DNA of 51,747 nucleotides from a virus (taxonomy: Duplodnaviria > Caudoviricetes). Under the pieces are notes generated by a model, which did no database searches, was not told the DNA's origin, and worked only from the letters and a program-made list of their open reading frames with translations. The DNA lies in IMG/VR virus record IMGVR_UViG_3300046779_000926, positions 1 through 51,747 of that record, one strand, 5' to 3'. This document shows, piece after piece, positions 1-8,572 of this stretch; positions within the stretch are counted from its first letter, which is position 1; every line of letters begins with the position of its first letter. The position numbers were made by a program, and so were the translations under genes.

Positions 1-756
1 TTTTTAGAATTTACTTCAATAAGAAATATAGCAATTACTGCTAGTAAATATTGTTTAGAAAGAAATAATATTTTATCTACTGGCTTATGCATTGAATTAT
101 TAAAACAACCATTAGATTTAGATGTATTAAAAGAGTTGTTTTATGAAAATAAAAATTATGAAGTTTATAACTCTATGCTTTTAAGTTATGGATTTTCTGT
201 AGATAAAAATGCTCCTTGGAGAATAATATTCAATATTGATAGTAAAATATCACATACGTATATGGCAAAATACCAAATAGAAAATACAGAAGATTTATTT
301 GATAATTTTTATATAAGAACATATCAAATAGAACTATCCTTATTATTAGAAACAATGATGGAATTTTATAATACTAAGTTATGTGAATTAAAACCACATA
401 TATTTAACACTCAAACAGCAATAACAAAAAATGGAATACAGACATATAACAAAACATCGATTAGAGATAAAATAACAGAAGAGACATTATTCAAAATAAT
501 ACCAGAAATATCTTTATTAAAATTATATTTTTATATTAGACTTAGAGAAGGAAGTTTTAATTTATCGCAACAAGAGTTTGATTCTCTTATGTCACAACTG
601 ACAATACTACATCAGAGTAGAGGTGTCAATGCTGTAAATGATTTTGTAAATAATTATACAAAATTTATGGTCAATGATGGTGGCAACCCAAGATTGTCCT
701 TGACACGCGAAACGGTTACGAGATATAATAACCTCAACGTGTACTTCCGCGTATAG
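1..756 (+). CDS. Hypothetical protein, 5'-truncated by the window edge
   Basis: Frame 1 is open from base 1 to TAG at 754-756; the track start at 136 (TTG) is probably internal; AT-rich codon usage. Confidence 0.7.
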   Translation, partial: FLEFTSIRNIAITASKYCLERNNILSTGLCIELLKQPLDLDVLKELFYENKNYEVYNSMLLSYGFSVDKNAPWRIIFNIDSKISHTYMAKYQIENTEDLFDNFYIRTYQIELSLLLETMMEFYNTKLCELKPHIFNTQTAITKNGIQTYNKTSIRDKITEETLFKIIPEISLLKLYFYIRLREGSFNLSQQEFDSLMSQLTILHQSRGVNAVNDFVNNYTKFMVNDGGNPRLSLTRETVTRYNNLNVYFRV

Positions 757-764
757 GAGGCTGC

Positions 765-1952
765 TTGTATTTTGAGGTTCTTGATAACAAGATTGAGTGT
801 TATGGGTTTTATGCACATGGAGAAATTCATAAAACCCTACCAGATGATGCAAAATACACTTGGAGTTATAATCCCAACATTTCATTAGATTCTGTTGAAT
901 ACATGAATCTTCGTGTTGGTGGTAGGGACATTGGCGAAGTATGCCCAGACCATCTTAAAGAAGATTGGAAGATTGCATCTGACAGACTCAAGGCTTATAT
1001 GCGGTCTTTTGTAGCTGCCAAGATTAATCTTGAACATAACTGCTTCTATGATTTGGTGCCAGAGCGTTTTCTGCTTGAATATTTCTCGATTAAATCCAAG
1101 ATTACACAATGGGTGCAAGAAAACCACAAAGCACCAGACAACTATGAATTTATGGTAGACCTTGCCAAGTTTGTAGACGACATTAAGCGTCATAAGCTTG
1201 AGATTGACCTTGCACCGCTTAACACAAAGATTGCGAATCCTCGCACCAAAGCGATGCGTAAAAAGCTTGAAACAATGCCACCATTTGTTCGCTACAATAT
1301 GTTTGGCACGATTACTGGTCGCCTATCGACTATTGAAAACTCGTTTCCAATTCTGTCTCTCGACAAAAACTATCGTTCTGTAATTAAACCTACAAATGAT
1401 TGGTTTGTCGAACTAGACTTTAATGGTGCAGAATTGCGTACATTCTTGGCTCTTGCTGGTCATAAACAGCCAGACGTAGACATTCACGATTGGAATGTTG
1501 AGAACGTGTTTGGTGGTGGTATTACGCGAGAAGAAGCAAAAGAGAAAATCTTTGCTTGGCTATATGGTTCTGGTAAGAAAGACGCAATCTTGTCTAAGAT
1601 TTATGACCGCGATATGGTTCGCGAGAAGTATTGGAACGGTTATGAAGTCAACACGCCTTATAATCGTAAGATTGAGTCCGATAGACACCACGCAATGTCT
1701 TATATCATTCAATCTACTTTCTCCGATATTGTGTTAAGACAAGCAATTAAGGTGCATAATTTCTTGAAAGATAAGAAGTCATTTATCTCGTTTGCTATTC
1801 ATGATAATATCGTGCTTGATATTGCAGATGATGAAAAAAGATTGCTTAGAGAGATTGTGAACATCTTCTCTAATACAGATTATGGACTATTTAAAGTAAA
1901 TATCAAAGTAGGAAATGACTACGGAGATATGAAAACTTTGGGTAAAAACTAA
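765..1952 (+). CDS. Compact family A DNA polymerase (Pol I-like polymerase domain)
   Basis: TGRLS; motif A ELDFNGAELR; motif B REEAKEKIFAWLYG; IIQSTFSD; motif C IHDNIVL. AGGAGG RBS before a TTG start. Confidence 0.8.
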   Translation: MYFEVLDNKIECYGFYAHGEIHKTLPDDAKYTWSYNPNISLDSVEYMNLRVGGRDIGEVCPDHLKEDWKIASDRLKAYMRSFVAAKINLEHNCFYDLVPERFLLEYFSIKSKITQWVQENHKAPDNYEFMVDLAKFVDDIKRHKLEIDLAPLNTKIANPRTKAMRKKLETMPPFVRYNMFGTITGRLSTIENSFPILSLDKNYRSVIKPTNDWFVELDFNGAELRTFLALAGHKQPDVDIHDWNVENVFGGGITREEAKEKIFAWLYGSGKKDAILSKIYDRDMVREKYWNGYEVNTPYNRKIESDRHHAMSYIIQSTFSDIVLRQAIKVHNFLKDKKSFISFAIHDNIVLDIADDEKRLLREIVNIFSNTDYGLFKVNIKVGNDYGDMKTLGKN

Positions 1953-1955
1953 TTA
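1949..1955 (+). promoter_or_regulatory. Putative late promoter motif CTAATTA
   Basis: CTAWTTA recurs just upstream of about 12 AT-rich genes; here 4 nt before ATG 1960. Confidence 0.55.
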
Positions 1956-1959
1956 TAAC

Positions 1960-3018
1960 ATGGAAACAGCATTACAAAAGATTGAAAAACAAGCTTTAGA
2001 AGAGATTAAAGATTATTCTACGGGAAAGAAATATTTTATTAGTGATTTTCAAGAGAGAGTAAGAAAGAAGAATATTAAAGCAAAGAAGAGATTAATTGGC
2101 ACAGGTAATGAAGGTGCTTTATCTGGTCTTGGTGAAAAGAAAACACATAGACTTGATAAAGAGTATGACCTATCTGCCCTTAAGAAAGGCACGAAGGTTG
2201 AAATGGAACATGAGAAGGGTGTAAAAAATAAGAAACGTGCCCATGATATGGCAGAGAAAACAGCAAAAGACCATTTAGATGAAGACCCAAAATATTATGA
2301 TAAATTAGAGAAGATTGAAGAATCCATAAAACAATATGCTGCTTTAGAAGAAGGTATTTTAAAGTGGCTAGGATTAGAAAAAGAAGACAAGGAAGAATAT
2401 TTAAATTACAGTCAACCAGATACATCTAAGACATTATATATTGGAGCTTTTCCTTCAATAGTTCAAAAAGAAATGAATGATGCTATAGAAAAATTTGATG
2501 TAATCTACAATATGTCAAGTGATGCAAAAGAGTTAATGTCAAGAAATTCTCCACAAGTATACAATAAGCTTGTAGCAGATGGAAGAATAATAGATGAATA
2601 TGCAATTGCCGATGAAGACTTGGACGAGGCATCAAGTGCTGCTAGGATTGAGCAGGAAAATAACATGCTTACAACCGCTGCCGCTAGAGTTGCACAAGAT
2701 GTACAGGCTGGTAAGCGTGTACTAGTGGTCTGTTCTGAAGGACGTAATCGTTCCGTAGCTACATCTATTGTTGCATTAAGAACTTTAGGCATGAACCCAC
2801 AAGAAGCTTATCAAGCAATTAAAGCTGCTAGAGCAAAAACTATGGATGAAGTTGAATTAATTAAAGCAGCAAAAGAAAACAGACGCGCAAGAAAAATAAA
2901 CAAACCTGTAATGCAGATTGGTGATAAACCACACGCAAGATTTATGAAATTTGCAGGGGTCACACCAGAGAAGATAGAAGAAATGGTGCGAAGATTCCTT
3001 GCCAAGATTCTTCATTGA
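1960..3018 (+). CDS. DUF5661-like domain fused to a dual-specificity/tyrosine phosphatase-like domain
   Basis: GTKVEMEH...AKDHLDEDPKYYDKL N-terminal module; C-terminal VLVVCSEGRNRS (CX5R P-loop) and LYIG motif. Confidence 0.65.
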   Translation: METALQKIEKQALEEIKDYSTGKKYFISDFQERVRKKNIKAKKRLIGTGNEGALSGLGEKKTHRLDKEYDLSALKKGTKVEMEHEKGVKNKKRAHDMAEKTAKDHLDEDPKYYDKLEKIEESIKQYAALEEGILKWLGLEKEDKEEYLNYSQPDTSKTLYIGAFPSIVQKEMNDAIEKFDVIYNMSSDAKELMSRNSPQVYNKLVADGRIIDEYAIADEDLDEASSAARIEQENNMLTTAAARVAQDVQAGKRVLVVCSEGRNRSVATSIVALRTLGMNPQEAYQAIKAARAKTMDEVELIKAAKENRRARKINKPVMQIGDKPHARFMKFAGVTPEKIEEMVRRFLAKILH

Positions 3019-3027
3019 TGTTAAGAT
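2999..3027 (+). promoter_or_regulatory. sigma70-like promoter
   Basis: TTGCCA-17nt-TAAGAT upstream of the NUDIX gene. Confidence 0.5.
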
Positions 3028-3042
3028 ATAGGTGAGGAAAAA

Positions 3043-3450
3043 ATGACATATACATCTGCTGTAGCTGTTGTAATTATCAATCAAAAAAATGAAATCCTAT
3101 CGCTTCTGAGGTCAGAAACAGATGATTGGAGGCCATTACATTGGGGGCTTCCGGGCGGTCATATTGATGAAGGTGAGACACCTTTTGAAGCCGCTATCCG
3201 TGAAACAAAAGAAGAGTGTAATTTAGATATTAATCCAATTTATGCTGGTCATATTATGACTGATGAAAACTATAAAATTTATTTATATTATGCAGTACAG
3301 TATTCTGGTGATATAGAACTTAGTTATGAACATAGCGATTTTAAATGGTATTCTAGAGAAGCACTATTAGAGGTTCAAAATAGAACACCATTACTGTATA
3401 CTAATGTCTGTAAGGCATTTGATGAAAGAAGTATAAATGAGATAAAATGA
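3043..3450 (+). CDS. NUDIX hydrolase
   Basis: Nudix box GGHIDEGETPFEAAIRETKEECNL. Confidence 0.9.
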   Translation: MTYTSAVAVVIINQKNEILSLLRSETDDWRPLHWGLPGGHIDEGETPFEAAIRETKEECNLDINPIYAGHIMTDENYKIYLYYAVQYSGDIELSYEHSDFKWYSREALLEVQNRTPLLYTNVCKAFDERSINEIK

Positions 3451-4262
3451 ACATCATAGGATTAGGAAATATTGGCTGCTCAATAGCCAAACAATTTGCT
3501 AAATATAAACAATTCTCTACCCATCTTGTTGATACTGAAAATCAAGGTGGTAGCTGCTTTGTATTGCCAGAATTTAACAAAGCAGAAGATTATGAGAACA
3601 AATACGCCAATCTTCCTTTTGAATTAGAGGAAGATTTAACTGTCATACTATCTGGTGATGAATTGATGTGTTGTTCTGTCTTACGTATTTTAGAACAATA
3701 CAGAAATCTTGACCTACACGTTATATATGTAAAACCAGATACAAAGTTTTTAACTCAAACACAGATTATGATAGACCGTACTGTGCGTGGTGTACTACAA
3801 GAATTAACAAGGTCAGCAAAAATTTCTTCAATGTTTCTTGTTGACTTAAAAAAAGTTTCTGATATAGTAGGTAAAGTGGCTCTTAAGGACAGAGAGATAA
3901 AACAATACGAACTTATTGCCACTTCATATTATATGAAAAATATGTTTGATAATATTCAGCCAGTTCTCGACAAGACAGTTGATAGTCCAATCACATATTC
4001 TATAAAAACTTTTGGAATTATGGATTTGGATAGTGGAGAAGAAAAGTTCTTTTACCCCCTTGACGAGATACGCGAGAAGAGATATAGTTACTACATCAAC
4101 AAAGCAAAGCTAGACTCCGATGTTGACCTCTCGGACCACATAGAGCATCAAATAAGTTCTAAGTTTGTGGAAAACCTAAAGGTTTCATATGCAGTCTACG
4201 AAAGTCCACTAGAGCAATCTAGCGTGTTCATAGAAGTAAAAACACCACATATTCAATCATGA
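3447..4262 (+). CDS. Divergent tubulin/FtsZ-fold protein
   Basis: N-terminal MNIIGLGNIGCSIA, HLVDT, VIYVKPD and MFLVD segments track FtsZ strands; the GGGTG signature loop is absent. Confidence 0.5.
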   Translation: MNIIGLGNIGCSIAKQFAKYKQFSTHLVDTENQGGSCFVLPEFNKAEDYENKYANLPFELEEDLTVILSGDELMCCSVLRILEQYRNLDLHVIYVKPDTKFLTQTQIMIDRTVRGVLQELTRSAKISSMFLVDLKKVSDIVGKVALKDREIKQYELIATSYYMKNMFDNIQPVLDKTVDSPITYSIKTFGIMDLDSGEEKFFYPLDEIREKRYSYYINKAKLDSDVDLSDHIEHQISSKFVENLKVSYAVYESPLEQSSVFIEVKTPHIQS

Positions 4263-4612
4263 TTATTAGAAACTCAATCATTCCACGACTATTAAGTAAC
4301 AAATATCTATACATTGATATATACGCAATTACGCTTTATCCTTTTGTTTTTGTTAGAGATGAAAGCGACGATGTAACTAATAACCATGAAAGTATTCATT
4401 TAGCGCAGCAAAGAGAATTATTTATAATTCCTTTTTATGTTCTTTATGTTTATGAATATTTTAAAAATAAATTAAAGGGAATGGATAACGATACTGCTTA
4501 TAGAAGTATTTCTTTTGAACGTGAAGCATATAGTAATCAAAAGAACTTGACTTACTTGCAGACAAGAGATAGAATGTCTTGGAAGAAATACAAAACAAAC
4601 GAGGTTGTATGA
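4259..4612 (+). CDS. Small HExxH putative metallopeptidase-like protein
   Basis: HESIH motif plus downstream FEREAY and a hydrophobic segment. Confidence 0.55.
   Translation: MIIRNSIIPRLLSNKYLYIDIYAITLYPFVFVRDESDDVTNNHESIHLAQQRELFIIPFYVLYVYEYFKNKLKGMDNDTAYRSISFEREAYSNQKNLTYLQTRDRMSWKKYKTNEVV
4547..4575 (+). promoter_or_regulatory. sigma70-like promoter
   Basis: TTGACT-17nt-TAGAAT. Confidence 0.55.
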
Positions 4613-4881
4613 CAGCATATACAGGTACATTTGTTAAGAAAGACGGTACTCAACGTACTATGACATTTATCAAGGTAGAAGATTTGCCAACAGAATTCGT
4701 TTCAACAAAAATCAAAAATACAGGACGCAAGGCTAACCTTGCAGAAGGTTCAAAAGTCGTTTACGACGTTCAAGCAAAAGAGTTTAGAATTTTCAATTAC
4801 AACACTCTCGTAGGACAGCTTACAGAGTCTAAGGTTGACACCATCCAACCAGTTGAATATGATGGTAGTACAGCAATCTAG
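4609..4881 (+). CDS. SH3/WYL-like beta-barrel protein (DUF2693-like)
   Basis: GTFVKKDGTQRTM...VYDVQAKEFRIF pattern; GAGG RBS and ATGA overlap support start 4609. Confidence 0.55.
   Translation: MTAYTGTFVKKDGTQRTMTFIKVEDLPTEFVSTKIKNTGRKANLAEGSKVVYDVQAKEFRIFNYNTLVGQLTESKVDTIQPVEYDGSTAI
4835..4863 (+). promoter_or_regulatory. sigma70-like promoter for the SSB gene
   Basis: TTGACA-17nt-TATGAT. Confidence 0.6.
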
Positions 4882-4941
4882 CAGTATACGAGATTTGGTA
4901 TACTGACTTTAACTTAACTAATCTATAAAGGAGATTAAATC

Positions 4942-5718
4942 ATGGCTCTCGACCTAAACAAAATGCGTGCAAAACTCAATAGCCTCGCCAACAACGGTAA
5001 GGACAACGGTTCTAATAGCTGGAAGCCCGAAGAGGGACAGCACAGTATTCGTATCGTGCCAACCGCTGACGGTGACCCATTTAAGGAATTTTGGTTCCAC
5101 TACGAGGTAGGTAAGACCAAGAGTGTTCTTTGTCCTAAGAAGAACTTTGGTGAGGAGTGTCCAATCTGTGAGTTTGCTTCGCAGCTTTGGAAGGAGGGTG
5201 TTGCAAACGAAGACGACGAAAGCAAGAAAATGGCTAAGTCTCTCTTCCCCCGTCAACGTTTCTCTTCTCCAATTCTTGTCCGTGGCGACGAGAAAAAGGG
5301 AGTACAGGTCTGGTCATATGGTAAGACTGCATATGAGACAATGATTAATCTCGTTCTCAATCCAGAGTATGGAGATATCACAGACCCAGAGGATGGTCTT
5401 GACCTTGTAATTGATTATGCCAAGGCTGCTGGTCCCGGTGCGTTCCCAACTACGAAGATTACTCCTCGCCGTAAGTCTTCTCCCCTCTGTTCACCAGAGT
5501 ATGGCGGTCCAGCGAAGTGCAAGGAAATCCTTGATACGCTCCCAGACTTTGACAAACTCTTCAAGCGTCTTTCTACTGCTGATGTACAGAAGATTCTTGA
5601 CGAATCCTTCTCTACTGACGAGGGTGCGGAGGAGCAATCTTCTACCGTTGAGCGTGGTGGTAGCAAGGGTGGTAAAACCAAAGTTGATGATGCCCTTGAT
5701 GAATTCATGGGAAGCTAA
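4942..5718 (+). CDS. Single-stranded DNA-binding protein, T4 gp32-like
   Basis: IRIVP, WFHY, C-P...CPICE zinc site, YGDITDP..G.DL and an acidic C-terminal tail; AAGGAG RBS. Confidence 0.85.
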   Translation: MALDLNKMRAKLNSLANNGKDNGSNSWKPEEGQHSIRIVPTADGDPFKEFWFHYEVGKTKSVLCPKKNFGEECPICEFASQLWKEGVANEDDESKKMAKSLFPRQRFSSPILVRGDEKKGVQVWSYGKTAYETMINLVLNPEYGDITDPEDGLDLVIDYAKAAGPGAFPTTKITPRRKSSPLCSPEYGGPAKCKEILDTLPDFDKLFKRLSTADVQKILDESFSTDEGAEEQSSTVERGGSKGGKTKVDDALDEFMGS

Positions 5719-5732
5719 AAATCAATAGAACT

Positions 5733-5768
5733 TGGGGGGTACATGCTCGTTGGTGTGCCCCCCATTTT
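5733..5768 (+). terminator. Intrinsic terminator
   Basis: TGGGGGGTAC/GTGCCCCCCA stem followed by TTTT. Confidence 0.7.
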
Positions 5769-5789
5769 CATTTTATAAGGATTCAAACA

Positions 5790-6929
5790 ATGGCAAAAAA
5801 AGTCGCAACTACCAAAAACGGTAAAGTATCTATCTCTCAAATGAGAGACTTAATTAATAAAAAAGCTGGTACAGAAGTAGCCTTCAATCTCACACAAGAT
5901 AATCCAACGGACGTAAATGAGTTTATTGCAACAGGTTCTCGTTGGCTTGATTCTATTATTTGTAAAGGCAAACTAGCAGGTATTCCCGTAGGAAAGATTA
6001 CAGAGATTGCTGGTCTTGAAGCATCTGGTAAATCTTACATGGCTGCACAAATTGCAGCAAATGCTCAAAAGCAAGGACTAGAAGTAGTCTACTTTGATTC
6101 AGAATCTGCTCTAGATTCTTCATTCCTTGCTCGCGCAGGTTGTAATGTAGATGAAATCCTATACGTTCAAGCAACCTCAGTAGAATTTGTTCTTGAAACT
6201 ATTGAGGAACTTTTGGGTGCTGGTACAGGCCGAATTCTCTTTATTTGGGATTCGCTTGCAATGACACCAGCAAATGCAGACCTTGAGGGTGACTTTAATC
6301 CTCAATCTTCAATGGCTCAAAAACCACGTATTCTCTCCAAGGGTATGTCTAAATTGGTTCAACCAATTGCAAACCAACAATGTGCTTTGCTCGTTCTAAA
6401 TCAACTTAAAACGAACATCACTAGCACACCCGCAGAAGCCCTTGTAGAGCCTTACTTTACTCCGGGTGGTAAAGCCCTACCCTATGCCTACTCGTTGCGT
6501 ATATGGCTTACAGGACGCAAATCTAAGGCATCCTTCCTAACAGACGAGAAGGGATATCGTATTGGTTCTGAGCTTAAAGCCCGACTTAAAAAATCACGTT
6601 TTGGTACAGAAGGTAGAGAGTGTACATTCAAGATTGTTTGGGGTGGTGATGATATTGCAATTCAAGATGAAGAGTCTTGGCTTGAAGCAATCAAAACCTC
6701 TGACCAACTTGAGCAGGGTGGAGCTTGGTTCTCGTTAGTTTACGCTGATGGAACAAAAGAGAAATTCCAGACCGCTATGTGGATTGATAAACTACAGAAT
6801 CCAAAGTTCCGCGAACGTGTACTACAAATTATGGATAAAGAGATTATTACTAATTTTGAAACTAAACAAGGTAATGCATCTAATTATTATAATATCGATG
6901 GTGATGAACCAGAGAACGTAGGAGATTGA
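5790..6929 (+). CDS. recA: RecA/UvsX recombinase
   Basis: Walker A GLEASGKS, YFDSE, WDSLA, LNQLK, TPGGKALPYAYSLRI. Confidence 0.92.
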   Translation: MAKKVATTKNGKVSISQMRDLINKKAGTEVAFNLTQDNPTDVNEFIATGSRWLDSIICKGKLAGIPVGKITEIAGLEASGKSYMAAQIAANAQKQGLEVVYFDSESALDSSFLARAGCNVDEILYVQATSVEFVLETIEELLGAGTGRILFIWDSLAMTPANADLEGDFNPQSSMAQKPRILSKGMSKLVQPIANQQCALLVLNQLKTNITSTPAEALVEPYFTPGGKALPYAYSLRIWLTGRKSKASFLTDEKGYRIGSELKARLKKSRFGTEGRECTFKIVWGGDDIAIQDEESWLEAIKTSDQLEQGGAWFSLVYADGTKEKFQTAMWIDKLQNPKFRERVLQIMDKEIITNFETKQGNASNYYNIDGDEPENVGD

Positions 6930-6930
6930 A

Positions 6931-7197
6931 ATGTTTGCTTTTCTAGTTAGTCTACTTTTTGGATGCACGGTTCAATATGCTTATGCTGAACCACCAGCAG
7001 CTACATATTATACACATGCACCTGTTCCCGTTGTCGTTCAACAATATCGTCGTTGGGTGCCCGGACATTATAATCCGCATGGTATGTGGATAAATGGCTA
7101 CTGGACTTATGGACCAGCACCAAGACCACCAGTTTATGTTCAACCACAAAACTGTCATGTTCATCGTGATGGACGCTCTCATTGCGGTAGACACTAG
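6931..7197 (+). CDS. Small exported/lipoprotein with WxxGxW-type repeats
   Basis: Hydrophobic N-terminus ending LFGC; WVPGHY and WINGYW repeats; Pro-rich. Confidence 0.55.
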   Translation: MFAFLVSLLFGCTVQYAYAEPPAATYYTHAPVPVVVQQYRRWVPGHYNPHGMWINGYWTYGPAPRPPVYVQPQNCHVHRDGRSHCGRH

Positions 7198-7223
7198 ACA
7201 GTAGGATAGAATACAAAACATAT

Positions 7224-7263
7224 GCCCATGAGGGTTGACTCCCCTCATGGGCTGTGTTATTAT
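7224..7263 (+). promoter_or_regulatory. sigma70-like promoter whose -35 box lies in the loop of an 11-bp inverted repeat
   Basis: GCCCATGAGGG-TTGACTC-CCCTCATGGGC; TTGACT-17nt-TATTAT. Confidence 0.6.
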
Positions 7264-7288
7264 ATATCTGTTCTGGAGACAGTCGCCT

Positions 7289-7717
7289 ATGGAGCCTCAC
7301 CCGAAGTCGGTAAACGACCTTTCTAAGAAGCAGCGCAATTTTATTGACCTTGCCGCACGTATCGCACAGCAGACCGAGTTTAAGGAATATAAGCATGGTG
7401 CCGTGCTTGTTCGTGCTGGCGCAGTTATGAACACCTCTTGCAACAAGAACAAGTATAAGGCTTGGGCTAATCGTTTTCGTAAGAAGCAGCGCGGACACGC
7501 GACTGTTCATGCAGAGATTGGTGCCATTCTTGGTCTTGACCGCTCTGTGACCGAAGGCGGCACAATTTATGTTGTGCGTGTTGGTCGCGATGGTTGCCTT
7601 CGCAACTCTAAGCCTTGCCCAATGTGTGAGGCTGCTATGCAGTTTGTCGGCATTAAGCGTGTTATTTATTCTAATGAACATGGACACATTGAACACATGA
7701 GGATTTATAATGAGTAA
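7289..7717 (+). CDS. Zn-dependent cytidine/dCMP deaminase family protein
   Basis: HGAVL, HAE and PCPMC motifs; GGAG RBS supports ATG 7289. Confidence 0.85.
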   Translation: MEPHPKSVNDLSKKQRNFIDLAARIAQQTEFKEYKHGAVLVRAGAVMNTSCNKNKYKAWANRFRKKQRGHATVHAEIGAILGLDRSVTEGGTIYVVRVGRDGCLRNSKPCPMCEAAMQFVGIKRVIYSNEHGHIEHMRIYNE

Positions 7718-8012
7718 GATAGGTAAGAGTTATTACGATGAAAATTTCAACAACTATCGCAATCCTTGGGACGAAGCTAAGGAAGGTTGTTGGGTAATCC
7801 GAAAGAAGGATGGTTGCACCTCGACAACTAAAATTGACAACCCAGCACTCGCAGAGGTTGAAGTTGCTCTCGCAATACTGTATGATGGTATCATGAAGTC
7901 TATGCATAAGAAGTTGGAAGAAAATAATCACTTTATTTCTCCGCACGATTATGTAATGGCAGGTATCGAACACATTCGCAAGGAGATTAACAATGCCAAG
8001 ACGCCACCGTGA
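7710..8012 (+). CDS. Hypothetical protein
   Basis: Coupled ORF in the operon; GAGG RBS. Confidence 0.65.
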   Translation: MSKIGKSYYDENFNNYRNPWDEAKEGCWVIRKKDGCTSTTKIDNPALAEVEVALAILYDGIMKSMHKKLEENNHFISPHDYVMAGIEHIRKEINNAKTPP

Positions 8013-8382
8013 AAATTATGACGAACTTGAGCAAAAGTACAAATCAATTCTAGCAATTTCTTATGGTTTTGAAACACCTCAAGGCTGGCTTCCTCTTCTA
8101 GAAGAATTTCTAGAAAAGGCTATTAATTTTGAAGGATGGTTCAAGGTTGTTCAAATAAAGGAAAAGTTTGGTGGTCTTCGCATTTATATTGATACCGAAG
8201 ATGATATTCCAAATGAAATCAGAACAATGATTGAGGGTCTTATTTCAGAAGCAGAGTTTAAGGCTAACCGTTGTTGCCATGACTGCGGTTGCTCTATTGA
8301 CAGAGATAGTGCAAAAAAGTATAGGTTCTTTGTTCTCTGCGATAGTTGCGCGGCTATGAAACATGAAACACAACAAAGGTGA
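7993..8382 (+). CDS. Conserved phage protein with QIKEKFGGLR motif and C-terminal Cys cluster
   Basis: GW..L, QIKEKFGGLRIY, CxxC...CxxC; AAGGAG RBS. Confidence 0.7.
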   Translation: MPRRHRENYDELEQKYKSILAISYGFETPQGWLPLLEEFLEKAINFEGWFKVVQIKEKFGGLRIYIDTEDDIPNEIRTMIEGLISEAEFKANRCCHDCGCSIDRDSAKKYRFFVLCDSCAAMKHETQQR

Positions 8383-8572
8383 TTTAGTAAAAGCTAACGT
8401 ATATGGTGCTTGGTCTGTAGACGGCCCATTACAAAAACCAATGTTTATGAGATATGATTTATTGGCAATAGTGTTGGAAGAACCAACAGAACATTTCTAT
8501 AGACTTCACCTACTGTCTGATGATAAGATGGTAATACTACATGAGGATGATATTAAATGCATCGAATCCTAA
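8363..8572 (+). CDS. Small SH3/KOW-like protein
   Basis: KGDLV start motif; size matches the paralogue family. Confidence 0.55.
   Translation: MKHNKGDLVKANVYGAWSVDGPLQKPMFMRYDLLAIVLEEPTEHFYRLHLLSDDKMVILHEDDIKCIES

Noticed and set aside
3447-4262. Phage nucleus (chimallin/PhuZ) system
   Set aside because: No shell protein or multisubunit RNA polymerase was recognised, and the sigma70-like promoters imply host RNA polymerase; the tubulin-like gene alone is insufficient
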